A program made the position numbers and the translations under genes. Below are positions 9,929 to 17,559 of a stretch of 32,000 nucleotides of DNA, in pieces. The first letter of the stretch is position 1; every line of letters begins with the position of its first letter. Under the pieces are notes generated by a model. The model worked only from the letters and a program-made list of their open reading frames with translations, was not told where the DNA came from and did no database searches. Origin of the DNA: Oscillospiraceae bacterium (GTDB taxonomy: Bacteria; Bacillota; Clostridia; Oscillospirales; Acutalibacteraceae); the NCBI GenBank assembly GCA_015065615.1, contig SVPY01000029.1, positions 1 through 32,000 of the forward strand, given 5' to 3'.

Positions 9929-10621
9929 TCATTTTATAAACAAGCCAACCAAAGTTAAAATACCAAACCACAAAACGGGTACTATTAAAGAAGGCAGCAT
10001 ATTCATAGTCTTAAAGCTTTTTATATTAAGTATGGAAAGTCCCGAGCAGGCAATAAGCACACCGCCTACTATAGAAATCTCCGTCATTAAAGCGTCGGGA
10101 ATAAAGGGACCCAAAAAGCTTCCCAAAAGCCAGATACTTCCCTGCCATAAAAAGAGCACTCCAGCCGCAATAGCAATACCGAATCCATAGGTAGAAGCCA
10201 GCACCGCGCTGGTTACGAAATCCAAGGTTGCGTTAGTGAAAAGGAAGGTGTTATCTCCCTCAACCGCACTTTTAATAGGGCCTAAAATTGAAAGAGTACC
10301 GATGCAAAATAATAGTATAGCGGTGGAAAGTCCGCGGCTAAGTTCCGACTTACCTAATTTAGCGGCAAGTCCGTTAAACTTGGCGTCAATATCAAGCACA
10401 GAGCCCACAAGTCCGCCTAAAGCCAAACTCACTATGAAAAGTACGGGGTACTCGCTTTTGGGCATATTACTGCACAGTGTACTTATGCCAAGTCCTGCCG
10501 CCGCCAGCCCCACAGCGTTAAACATAGCTTCTTTGTATTTCTCATTTATCTTTTTACCGAAAAATCCGCCTACCAGGCTGCCCGCCAGTATGGTACCAAC
10601 GTTACATATCGTTCCTAACAA
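9929..10621 (-). CDS. DUF554 family inner-membrane protein (YqgA/YdfK-like)
   Basis: The 230-aa polytopic hydrophobic ORF has an N-terminus MLGTICNVGTILAGSLVGG and a central ...LLFCIGTLSILGPIKSAVEGDNTFLFTNATLDFVTS... These match my recollection of the DUF554 layout. The start is TTG with a GAAGGTG RBS 7 nt upstream. Confidence 0.75.
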   Translation of the reverse strand: MLGTICNVGTILAGSLVGGFFGKKINEKYKEAMFNAVGLAAAGLGISTLCSNMPKSEYPVLFIVSLALGGLVGSVLDIDAKFNGLAAKLGKSELSRGLSTAILLFCIGTLSILGPIKSAVEGDNTFLFTNATLDFVTSAVLASTYGFGIAIAAGVLFLWQGSIWLLGSFLGPFIPDALMTEISIVGGVLIACSGLSILNIKSFKTMNMLPSLIVPVLWFGILTLVGLFIK

Positions 10622-10645
10622 ATAAACACCTTCTTTTTGCTTTGA

Positions 10646-11464
10646 TTATTTCTTTTCTGCGTTATGCACAACTATCTGCTGGAAAGGAATTTCAATGCCG
10701 TTTTCGTCAAAGGCAAGCTTAACCTTCTCCTGCATATCAAAGTAAACGTTCCAATAATCAGCGCCGAGTACCCATACCTTAACTGCCATATTTACACTGC
10801 TTTCGCCGTGGCTGTCAACTGCAATAATAGCGGAAGGTTCCTTTAAAATTCTCTCATCAGCATTTACTACGGAAGCTAATACTTCCTTAACCTTTGCAAT
10901 ATCGGAATTATAAGATACGGAATAAGTTAAGTCAAGGCGTCTGTTCTCCTGAGTAGAGTAGTTTATAACAACGCCCGAAGTAATTGAAGAGTTTGGAATA
11001 ACCACTTCTTTATTATCTACCGTAAGAAGGATAGTGTTTAAAATGCTTATGGATTTAACCGTACCGGAGTTACCGCCTATGGTTAAATAATCGCCTACCT
11101 TAAAGGGTTTGCTGAAAACAAGCTGAACGCCCGAAATAAAGTTGCCGAGTGTGCCCTGTAAAGCGAAGCTTGCAGTAAGACCTGCGGCGCCTAAAGCAGC
11201 TACCATATTGGAGATATTGATAACGTTGGATATTGCCACGAGAATAACAAGACCGAAAAGAATAGTTCTTACTACGGAAATCAAGAAGCTTGCCGCCGCT
11301 TGGTCTACGTTCTTATTCTTAATAATTCTTTTCACTGCCTTAGTAGCCAAATTTACAAGCCACCAGCCAATAACAATAATAATACCTGCATAAATAATGT
11401 TCATTCCGGTAGTAACAGCCCATGACTGAAGCCATAATAATCCGTTTGAAAATATTTCTGTCAT
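10646..11464 (-). CDS. Small-conductance mechanosensitive channel (MscS family)
   Basis: The 272-aa ORF has N-terminal TM helices followed by the MscS beta-domain signature ...ISGVQLVFSKPFKVGDYLTIGGNSGTVKSISILNTILLTVDNKEVVIPNSSI... Confidence 0.85.
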   Translation of the reverse strand: MTEIFSNGLLWLQSWAVTTGMNIIYAGIIIVIGWWLVNLATKAVKRIIKNKNVDQAAASFLISVVRTILFGLVILVAISNVINISNMVAALGAAGLTASFALQGTLGNFISGVQLVFSKPFKVGDYLTIGGNSGTVKSISILNTILLTVDNKEVVIPNSSITSGVVINYSTQENRRLDLTYSVSYNSDIAKVKEVLASVVNADERILKEPSAIIAVDSHGESSVNMAVKVWVLGADYWNVYFDMQEKVKLAFDENGIEIPFQQIVVHNAEKK

Positions 11465-11498
11465 AATTGTTTATACCGCCTTTATAAATTTTTTTAAT

Positions 11499-11527
11499 AT
11501 TCTACCACCATATTCTGTTTTTTTCAA
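11499..11527 (-). promoter_or_regulatory. Sigma-A-type promoter for the mscS-DUF554 operon
   Basis: The minus strand reads TTGAAA (11527-11522), a 17-nt spacer, then TGgTAGAAT (-10 at 11504-11499). Confidence 0.55.
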
Positions 11528-11555
11528 ACTTTTTTTGTAAATTTATCAAAATATA

Positions 11556-11584
11556 TGTAAATTTAGTTTTATTTATGTTATAAT
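11556..11584 (+). promoter_or_regulatory. Candidate promoter for the MORN-repeat gene
   Basis: TGTAAA (11556-11561), a 17-nt spacer, then TGtTATAAT (-10 at 11579-11584). An AAGGGA RBS precedes the ATG at 11631. Confidence 0.4.
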
Positions 11585-11630
11585 TACTATAATTATAAAT
11601 ATGCGCATTTTTACGCTGTAAAGGGAAATT

Positions 11631-13250
11631 ATGAAAAACGAACAGTTAAAAGGTAACTCCATAAGCGAAAGCTTACTTAATAAAAATACTTACTACGTGC
11701 TGCTTTCCTCCCGTGAAAGCAGCGCCAACCTTCGCTGTGACATCGCTATGCTAAGAAAAGCCTTCTTTGAGAATAAGAAAAAAACTCTTAAAATCTCCAA
11801 AGAAGTTACAAGCAGCGGCATTGAAGGTAATTTAACAGGTAAAATTACAAAAAGCAGTCTTACCTGGAAAAAGACCGAAGGCGGTATAAATACCGAGGAA
11901 TGCTATAAAAATAAAGGCGTTTACGTTCTTGTTAACCGCGATTTAAACGGCAACATAAAAAATAAAATCTACTACAACAAAAATATGCTCTGGATAAAAA
12001 CGGAGTATTTCAGCGTAAACGATTTTGCAAATGCGGAAATTATTTTTAAACCCGTAAATACCGAAAACGCTATCGAGCGCTTTACTTACGACAGGGAAAA
12101 TAAAAATTATGTCTCCACCCTCCTCTACCCCATTCCCTACGATGCAGGCTCCGAGGAGAGAAGTCTTCTTGACGCCGCCCTTCCCGAGGAAAAGCTTTTG
12201 GTCTCCACCGAAGACGGCGAATTTATCTACTGCGCAAAAAACGAGCTTGAAGGCCACACAAAATTGCAGGAAGATATAAAGAAAAGCATCAATTTCTTAA
12301 ATTCCGTATGGCAGAGTGAGAGCATCACGGATATTGATCCCGTTTCAGAGCCTGAAGTAAAAACTACGGAAATCACGGACGAAAATGAAATTCCCGAAAC
12401 CAATCAGGAGAAAGCTTTACCTGAAGAAACTAAAGAGGAAGAAGCTTCACCCGAGGAAACTAAAATAGAAGAAACTGCAAAAGAAATTAAGGCGGAATCA
12501 GAAAGTCCCTCCCTCTGTGAGGAAAATACCGAAATTATCGCCGAAACAAAGGAAAACATCCCCGAAGAACAAACAAAAGACGAAATTATTCCTCAGGAAG
12601 AAACCGCCGAACCAAAAAAGGGAAAGCTTGAAATCGAGGAGACCTATACTTCCGATAACGGCGAAAAATACGGCGAAAAGCTTGTTTACACGGGAACTTT
12701 AATCGAAGGCAAGCGAAACGGACGCGGCAGAACCGACAGAAAATCAGGTCTTACCGCATTCGACGGCGAATATTCAGATAATAAGCGCGAGGGCTTCGGC
12801 TGCAGCTACTACAAAAACGGCAATTTAAGCTACGCAGGCTTCTGGAAGGACGATAAGAAAAACGGCATGGGCGTTTCCTTCAGAAACAGCGACCACGCTG
12901 TGCAGATAACAAGCTGGTCCGAGGGCAAGCCCCAAAGCCACACCTCTATTTTCGATAGCGAAGGTTACCTTAAGTATACGGGCAACATAAAAGACGGCGT
13001 AAGAAGCGGTCTTTGCGTAAGCTACAATAAGGAAGAGGGCGGACTTTTCGCAGGCAAGTGGCTGCAAAACGGCGAAGTCGGCAGCGGCGCCCTTTTCGAT
13101 AGCGAAGGCAACCTCATCTACGCAGGATTTTTAAAAGACGGCAAGCGCCACGGTCAGGGCACCGAATTCGATAAAAACGGCGAAATAGTTTTCACCGGCA
13201 CCTTCGAAAACGACGAATACAAAACCGGCACGCTTTATAAGAAAATATAA
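11631..13250 (+). CDS. MORN-repeat protein with an unknown N-terminal domain and an E/K/T/P-rich linker
   Basis: The C-terminal ~190 aa contain about 7-8 tandem units of about 23 aa matching the MORN pattern Y/F-x-G-x-[WFL]-x-x-[GD]-x-[KR]-x-G-x-G (YTGTLIEGKRNGRG, YAGFWKDDKKNGMG, YTGNIKDGVRSGLC, YAGFLKDGKRHGQG...). The middle region is low-complexity acidic (EETKEEEASPEETKIEETAKE...). I do not recognise the N-terminal ~230 aa. No signal peptide or TM segment is evident. Confidence 0.8.
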   Translation: MKNEQLKGNSISESLLNKNTYYVLLSSRESSANLRCDIAMLRKAFFENKKKTLKISKEVTSSGIEGNLTGKITKSSLTWKKTEGGINTEECYKNKGVYVLVNRDLNGNIKNKIYYNKNMLWIKTEYFSVNDFANAEIIFKPVNTENAIERFTYDRENKNYVSTLLYPIPYDAGSEERSLLDAALPEEKLLVSTEDGEFIYCAKNELEGHTKLQEDIKKSINFLNSVWQSESITDIDPVSEPEVKTTEITDENEIPETNQEKALPEETKEEEASPEETKIEETAKEIKAESESPSLCEENTEIIAETKENIPEEQTKDEIIPQEETAEPKKGKLEIEETYTSDNGEKYGEKLVYTGTLIEGKRNGRGRTDRKSGLTAFDGEYSDNKREGFGCSYYKNGNLSYAGFWKDDKKNGMGVSFRNSDHAVQITSWSEGKPQSHTSIFDSEGYLKYTGNIKDGVRSGLCVSYNKEEGGLFAGKWLQNGEVGSGALFDSEGNLIYAGFLKDGKRHGQGTEFDKNGEIVFTGTFENDEYKTGTLYKKI

Positions 13251-13261
13251 AACATATCAAA

Positions 13262-13289
13262 AGTCACACTTAATGGTGTGACTTTTTTA
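13262..13289 (+). terminator. Rho-independent terminator of the MORN gene
   Basis: AGTCACAC-ttaatg-GTGTGACT followed by TTTTT, 12 nt after the stop codon. Confidence 0.7.
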
Positions 13290-13377
13290 CATACTCAAAG
13301 CTTTATATTGTTAACTATTCTAACCTTGAGTGCTATTATTGAAGTAAATAAGTGTAAATATTTTAGGAGGCAGCAAT

Positions 13378-13506
13378 ATGAGAAAATTCATCTCTATAAT
13401 TTTAGCTATTTTACTTTCTATTTCCGTTTGCGCTTGCTCTATATTTACTACAGAGGATGGCTCAGTAATAAGAATTGATGAAGTTTTAGTACCGCTTGAA
13501 GAATAA
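13378..13506 (+). CDS. 42-aa putative micro-lipoprotein (not in the ORF track)
   Basis: An AGGAGG lies 7 nt upstream of the ATG at 13378. The translation is MRKFISIILAILLSISVCACSIFTTEDGSVIRIDEVLVPLEE. It has a basic n-region, a hydrophobic h-region and a lipobox-like S-V-C-A-C (Cys20). The stop is TAA at 13504-13506 and a dedicated terminator follows directly. Confidence 0.55.
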   Translation: MRKFISIILAILLSISVCACSIFTTEDGSVIRIDEVLVPLEE

Positions 13507-13512
13507 TTTTAA

Positions 13513-13537
13513 AAGGAGGCAATAAGCCTCCTTTTTT
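13513..13537 (+). terminator. Rho-independent terminator after the 42-aa ORF
   Basis: AAGGAGGC-aataa-GCCTCCTT followed by TTTTG. Confidence 0.65.
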
Positions 13538-13625
13538 GTTTCTTTTTAGTATCCCTTCAATTTCAGCATAGTGTGTTTTTTATCTCTTACTTAAAGAGCT
13601 TTCAATATAATGTAGATAAAACAAC

Positions 13626-13654
13626 TTGAAAAATAAATAAAACCGTGGTACAAT
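13626..13654 (+). promoter_or_regulatory. Sigma-A-type promoter for the small ORF-metG(-tatD) unit
   Basis: TTGAAA (13626-13631), a 17-nt spacer, then TGgTACAAT (-10 at 13649-13654). Confidence 0.55.
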
Positions 13655-13708
13655 AATTTGGTATAGTTCAAAGAAGGCTTTACAAAATTACGTTTTGGAG
13701 GTGGTAAA

Positions 13709-13822
13709 GTGCGTAAGAATAAAAATGATGAGAGAAGAACCTTAATGGTAAGAATACTTTGCATTATTCTTGCGGCATTAATGCTTCTTTCCGTATTCAG
13801 CGTAATGTTCTATACAATGTAA
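13709..13822 (+). CDS. 37-aa putative single-pass membrane peptide upstream of metG (not in the ORF track)
   Basis: A GGAGGTGG RBS ends 4 nt before the GTG at 13709. The translation is (M)RKNKNDERRTLMVRILCIILAALMLLSVFSVMFYTM: a basic N-terminus followed by one hydrophobic helix. The stop is TAA at 13820-13822. No terminator lies between it and metG. Confidence 0.45.
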   Translation: MRKNKNDERRTLMVRILCIILAALMLLSVFSVMFYTM

Positions 13823-13869
13823 ATTAAAACTAAAAGAAAAGCAATTCATTATAGAAAAGAGTGTTAAAA

Positions 13870-15834
13870 ATGGCAAACAAAGGTAATTTTTATATTACAA
13901 CCCCTATTTATTATCCCTCCGATAAACTCCACATCGGTCACAGCTACTGCACAGTAGCTACCGACGCAATGGCAAGATATAAGAGACTTCGCGGCTACGA
14001 CGTTCTCTTCTTAACAGGTACCGACGAGCACGGTCAGAAAATTGAGGATAAAGCCAAGGATGCAGGCGTATCTCCTCAGGAGTTTGTAGACAGAATCGTT
14101 GAGGGCGAAAGAGGCGTTCTCGATTTATGGAAGCTTATGAACATCTCTAACGACCGCTTTATCCGCACAACAGACGATTATCACGTAGCTGCAATTCAGA
14201 AGATTTTCAAGGCTATGTACGATAAGGGCGATATCTATAAGGGTAAGTACAGCGGCAAATACTGCAAGCCCTGCGAAAGCTTCTGGACAGAGAGCCAGCT
14301 TGTTGACGGCAAATGCCCCGACTGCGGCAGAGAAGTTCAGGACGCAGAGGAAGAGGCATACTTCTTTAAGCTCAGCAAGTACGCTGACAGAATTCTTGAT
14401 TTACTCGAAAATACCGATTTCTTAGAGCCCAAGAGCCGTGTTAACGAGATGGTAAACAACTTCATCAAACCCGGTCTTGAGGATTTATGCGTATCAAGAA
14501 CAAGCTTTACATGGGGTGTTCCAGTTGATTTCGACCCCGGTCACGTTGTATATGTTTGGATCGACGCACTCTTTAACTATATGACAGCCCTCGGCTTCCA
14601 GAATGATAAATATAACGATTTAGAGAAATTCTGGCCCTGCGACGTTCACTTCGTAGGTAAGGAAATTGTACGTTTCCACTCCATTATCTGGCCCGCTATG
14701 CTTATGAGCCTCGAATTACCCCTCCCCAAGAAGGTTTACGGCCACGGCTGGCTTAACTTCAACGGCGAGAAAATGAGTAAATCAAGAGGCAACGTTGTTG
14801 ACCCCTATATCTTAGCTGAAAGATTCGGCGTTGACGCTCTTCGTTTCTTCTTACTTCGTACCTTCCCCTTCGGCTCAGACGGTAACTTTACAAACGAATT
14901 ACTTATTTCCACAATCAATACAGACCTTGCCAACGACCTTGGTAACCTCGTATCCCGTACAACAGCTATGTGCCAGAAGTACTTTGGCGGCACTTTAGCA
15001 GAAGGCGGCGAAAGCGCTGAGCTTGACGGTGAATTAAAAGCGCTTGCTACCGAAGTTATCACTAACTACGAAAAGCAGATGGATGCTTACCAGTTCCACA
15101 ATGCACTTAGCGAAGCATTCCGTTTAATCAGCCGTGCTAACAAGTACATTGACGAAACCGCTCCCTGGGTACTTGCAAAGAGCGAGGAAACAAAGCCCCG
15201 TCTCCTTTCCGTTATGAAGAATCTTTGCGAGGCTATCAGAATTTCCGCTGTTTTAGTAAGCCCCGTTATGCCTGAATCCGCCGAGAAGATTTTTAATCTC
15301 TTAGGCGTACCCGCAGAGGGCAGAGCTTGGGATTCCCTTACTTACTGCGCTTGTGCAGACTGCACTTGGAATACTCAGACAGGTGCCCCCATCTTCCCCA
15401 GAATTGATATGGAAAAAGAGCTCGCAGCTTTAGAGGAGCTCTCTAAACCCCAGGAGCCCGCAAAGCCCGCTATCGAAACTGAAGCTTTAGCTGAGGAAAC
15501 CGTAGACTTCGAAACATTCTGCAAGTCCGATTTCCGTGCCGTTAAGGTTAAAGAGTGCCAGAACGTTAAAAAGAGCGATAAGCTTTTACAGTTCACTCTT
15601 GATGACGGCACAGGTGTAGACCGCCAGATCCTTTCCGGTATTGCTAAGTTCTACAAGCCCGAAGAGCTTATCGGCAAAACTTTGGTTGCCATCGTGAACC
15701 TGCCCCCCAGAAAGATGATGGGCAGAGAATCCTGCGGTATGCTCATAAGCGCCGTTCATAAAGAAGATGGCGTAGAAAAGCTCAACCTCTTAATGGTAAG
15801 CGACGATATCCCTGCAGGCGCAAAACTTTGCTAA
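13870..15834 (+). CDS. metG: Methionine--tRNA ligase with a C-terminal tRNA-binding (EMAP/Trbp111-like) domain
   Basis: The ORF carries the class I signatures HIGH (KLHIGHSY) and KMSKS (GEKMSKSRGN) and the Zn knuckle CKPCESFW...CPDCGREV. The C-terminal ...FRAVKVKECQNVKKSDKLLQFTLDDG...IVNLPPRKMMGRESCGMLISA matches the tRNA-binding domain. The track start at 13861 is a GTG; the ATG at 13870 (MANKGNFYITTPIYY) is preferred. Confidence 0.95.
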   Translation: MANKGNFYITTPIYYPSDKLHIGHSYCTVATDAMARYKRLRGYDVLFLTGTDEHGQKIEDKAKDAGVSPQEFVDRIVEGERGVLDLWKLMNISNDRFIRTTDDYHVAAIQKIFKAMYDKGDIYKGKYSGKYCKPCESFWTESQLVDGKCPDCGREVQDAEEEAYFFKLSKYADRILDLLENTDFLEPKSRVNEMVNNFIKPGLEDLCVSRTSFTWGVPVDFDPGHVVYVWIDALFNYMTALGFQNDKYNDLEKFWPCDVHFVGKEIVRFHSIIWPAMLMSLELPLPKKVYGHGWLNFNGEKMSKSRGNVVDPYILAERFGVDALRFFLLRTFPFGSDGNFTNELLISTINTDLANDLGNLVSRTTAMCQKYFGGTLAEGGESAELDGELKALATEVITNYEKQMDAYQFHNALSEAFRLISRANKYIDETAPWVLAKSEETKPRLLSVMKNLCEAIRISAVLVSPVMPESAEKIFNLLGVPAEGRAWDSLTYCACADCTWNTQTGAPIFPRIDMEKELAALEELSKPQEPAKPAIETEALAEETVDFETFCKSDFRAVKVKECQNVKKSDKLLQFTLDDGTGVDRQILSGIAKFYKPEELIGKTLVAIVNLPPRKMMGRESCGMLISAVHKEDGVEKLNLLMVSDDIPAGAKLC

Positions 15835-15842
15835 TAAATAAA

Positions 15843-15877
15843 GGAGGTTATAAGTTTTCTTGTAACCTCCGTTTTTT
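15843..15877 (+). terminator. Terminator-like hairpin after metG
   Basis: GGAGGTTATAAG-tttt-CTTGTAACCTCC (one G-U pair) followed by G and TTTTTT. Confidence 0.6.
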
Positions 15878-15897
15878 AAATAAGGATTAAATAAATT

Positions 15898-16659
15898 ATG
15901 ATTTTTGATTCACACGCACATTACGACGATGAAAGTTTTAATGAGGATAGAGACGAGCTTTTAAACCTTATTCTCCCCCAAAAAGGTGTAACCGGTATTA
16001 TAAACTGCGCGTCCGACTTTGAAAGCATCGCAAAAACCATTGAACTGAGCGAAAAATATCCCTTCCTTTACGCGGCTTTGGGTATTCACCCAGAGTGCGC
16101 CGCAAGACTCCCCGAAAACTGGTTCGAAGTTTTAAAGGAAGGCTTAAAAAGAGAAAAGACCGTTGCTTTAGGCGAAATCGGTCTTGATTATTATTGGGAG
16201 GATAGCTGCCCCCGTGATATTCAGAAGGAAGTTTTTATAAAGCAGATGGAACTCGCTAAAGAGCTTGATATCCCCGTAATCATCCACGACCGCGACGCTC
16301 ACGGCGACACCTTGGAAATTCTTAAAAAGTATAAACCCAAAGGCGTTGTGCACTGCTTCTCGGGCAGCGTGGAGATGGCAAGGGAAGTTATTAAGCTTGG
16401 TATGTATATCGGTATGGGCGGTGTGGTTACCTTCAAAAACGCCCGCCACAGCGTGGAGGTTATGAAGGAAATTCCCCTTGAAAAACTCCTTTTAGAGACG
16501 GACGCCCCCTACCTTTCCCCCGTGCCTATGCGCGGCAAGCGAAACGACAGCTCCCTTATCCCCTACGCCGCCGCAAAAATCGGCGAGCTAAGAGGTTTAA
16601 GTGCCACCGAAATATTGGAAATTTCCCGTAACAACGTAAAAGAACTTTTTGGTATATGA
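15898..16659 (+). CDS. tatD: TatD family metal-dependent hydrolase (YabD-like)
   Basis: The 253-aa ORF starts MIFDSHAHYDD and contains GEIGLDYYW, VIIHDRDAH, HCFSGS and ETDAPYLSP, the TatD metal-ligand motifs. The metG-yabD adjacency is as in Bacillus. Confidence 0.9.
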   Translation: MIFDSHAHYDDESFNEDRDELLNLILPQKGVTGIINCASDFESIAKTIELSEKYPFLYAALGIHPECAARLPENWFEVLKEGLKREKTVALGEIGLDYYWEDSCPRDIQKEVFIKQMELAKELDIPVIIHDRDAHGDTLEILKKYKPKGVVHCFSGSVEMAREVIKLGMYIGMGGVVTFKNARHSVEVMKEIPLEKLLLETDAPYLSPVPMRGKRNDSSLIPYAAAKIGELRGLSATEILEISRNNVKELFGI

Positions 16660-16674
16660 TTTAACAAAAAAATT

Positions 16675-16708
16675 ATCCCACAGATTCGCTCTGTGGGATT
16701 TTTCTTTT
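16675..16708. terminator. Bidirectional terminator between convergent tatD and mntP
   Basis: ATCCCACAG-attcgct-CTGTGGGAT has a T-run on the plus side (16700-16708) and an A-run upstream, which reads as a T-run on the minus strand. Confidence 0.7.
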
Positions 16709-16737
16709 ATTATACCTTTTTTAAAAGTATGATTTAA

Positions 16738-17322
16738 TTAAAAAAAGCTTGTGATAAATATTTCAAGTCCGATGAATATAAGAATTGCACCGCCTAAAAT
16801 ACCTGCCTTGCCTGCAAGCTTAGTGCCTGCTTTTCTGCCTATATAAATACCGCCAAGGCAAATGCCGAAGGTGACCACCGCAATTATTAAAGCGGAAAGC
16901 AGAGCGGAAGCCAAATCGTAATCTGCAATAGTGAAACCAACAGAGAGAGCGTCAATGGAGGTTGCAATACCCTGTACAACCAGCGCCCAGAAGCCTACGC
17001 CCCTGCACTCCTCGCACTCGCATTTGCAGGTAATACCCTCGTAAAGCATCTTACCGCCTATAAAGCCTAAAAGCGCCAAAGCAATCCAAGGTATTACTAC
17101 TTCGAAGCTTTTAAAATACTGAACTATTGTATGTACACAGACCCAGCCTAAAATAGGCATTAAAGCCTGAAAGAAAGCAAACATACCTGCTATGCCGAAC
17201 ATTTTTCTCTTTTTCATGCAGGGCTCGTTTAAGCCGTTGGCAAGAGATACGGAAAAAGCATCCATAGCAAGACCTATACCCAAAAGAACGCTGTTAAAAA
17301 TTAACGTGAACAAAAATTCCAT
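16738..17322 (-). CDS. mntP: Manganese efflux pump MntP family
   Basis: The 194-aa polytopic protein has the duplicated motif GLAMDAFSVSLANG / GIATSIDALSVGF typical of MntP (formerly DUF204). It is preceded by a yybP-ykoY type leader. Confidence 0.85.
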   Translation of the reverse strand: MEFLFTLIFNSVLLGIGLAMDAFSVSLANGLNEPCMKKRKMFGIAGMFAFFQALMPILGWVCVHTIVQYFKSFEVVIPWIALALLGFIGGKMLYEGITCKCECEECRGVGFWALVVQGIATSIDALSVGFTIADYDLASALLSALIIAVVTFGICLGGIYIGRKAGTKLAGKAGILGGAILIFIGLEIFITSFF

Positions 17323-17345
17323 TTTATTTTGTTTTCCTTCCTAAG

Positions 17346-17520
17346 TAAAATAAAAAACACCGAACAGCTTTTGCTCGGTGTCGTTTACTGAAAAGTATAT
17401 AAAGACTCCATGCATAAGCTAAGCTACACATGAGTCTCGCAATTTAAAACAAGCCAGAGTAATTTACTTACTCAGTATGTTGACTTGTTACGCAGGAAAG
17501 CGCTTGCTACTCCCTCACAA
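17346..17520 (-). promoter_or_regulatory. yybP-ykoY (Mn2+) riboswitch with terminator expression platform
   Basis: The minus strand reads ...GAGGGAGTAGCAAGCGC...AACAAGTCAACATAC-[GAGTAA gtaaa TTACTC]-TGGCTTGTTTTAAATTGCGAGACTCATG. This matches the conserved GGGAGUAG, GUCAACAUAC, GGCUUGUU and GCGAGAC blocks of the yybP-ykoY motif. It is followed by ACACCGA...TCGGTGT and TTTTTTATTTT (17346-17381), upstream of mntP. Confidence 0.75.
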
Positions 17521-17526
17521 AGGGTT

Positions 17527-17554
17527 ATTATACCATAATTTAATGTTTTGTCAA
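17527..17554 (-). promoter_or_regulatory. Sigma-A-type promoter for the riboswitch-mntP unit
   Basis: The minus strand reads TTGACA (17554-17549), a 16-nt spacer, then TGgTATAAT (-10 at 17532-17527). It begins 5 nt after the cysK stop. Confidence 0.55.
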
Positions 17555-17559
17555 GGATA

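Noticed and set aside
12360-12620. Repetitive GAAGAAAC/GAGGAAAC-rich DNA that could be mistaken for a tandem repeat or array, with the alternative-frame ORF 12517-12702
   Set aside because: It is in frame within the MORN-protein ORF and encodes the E/K/T/P low-complexity linker. The repeats are imperfect and there is no spacer-repeat periodicity. The alternative frame is a Lys/Pro-rich shadow.
13278-13478. 66-aa plus-strand ORF from the track
   Set aside because: It starts inside the MORN-gene terminator hairpin, has no RBS and gives an odd translation. The 42-aa ORF in a different frame (13378-13506), with an AGGAGG RBS and signal-peptide logic, explains the region better.
13641-13654. CCGTGGTACAAT resembles the T-box core GGTGGTACCGCG upstream of metG
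   Set aside because: The match stops after GTGGTAC. The sequence fits an extended -10 promoter element with a TTGAAA -35 at 17 nt. No stem I or terminator/antiterminator structures are present.
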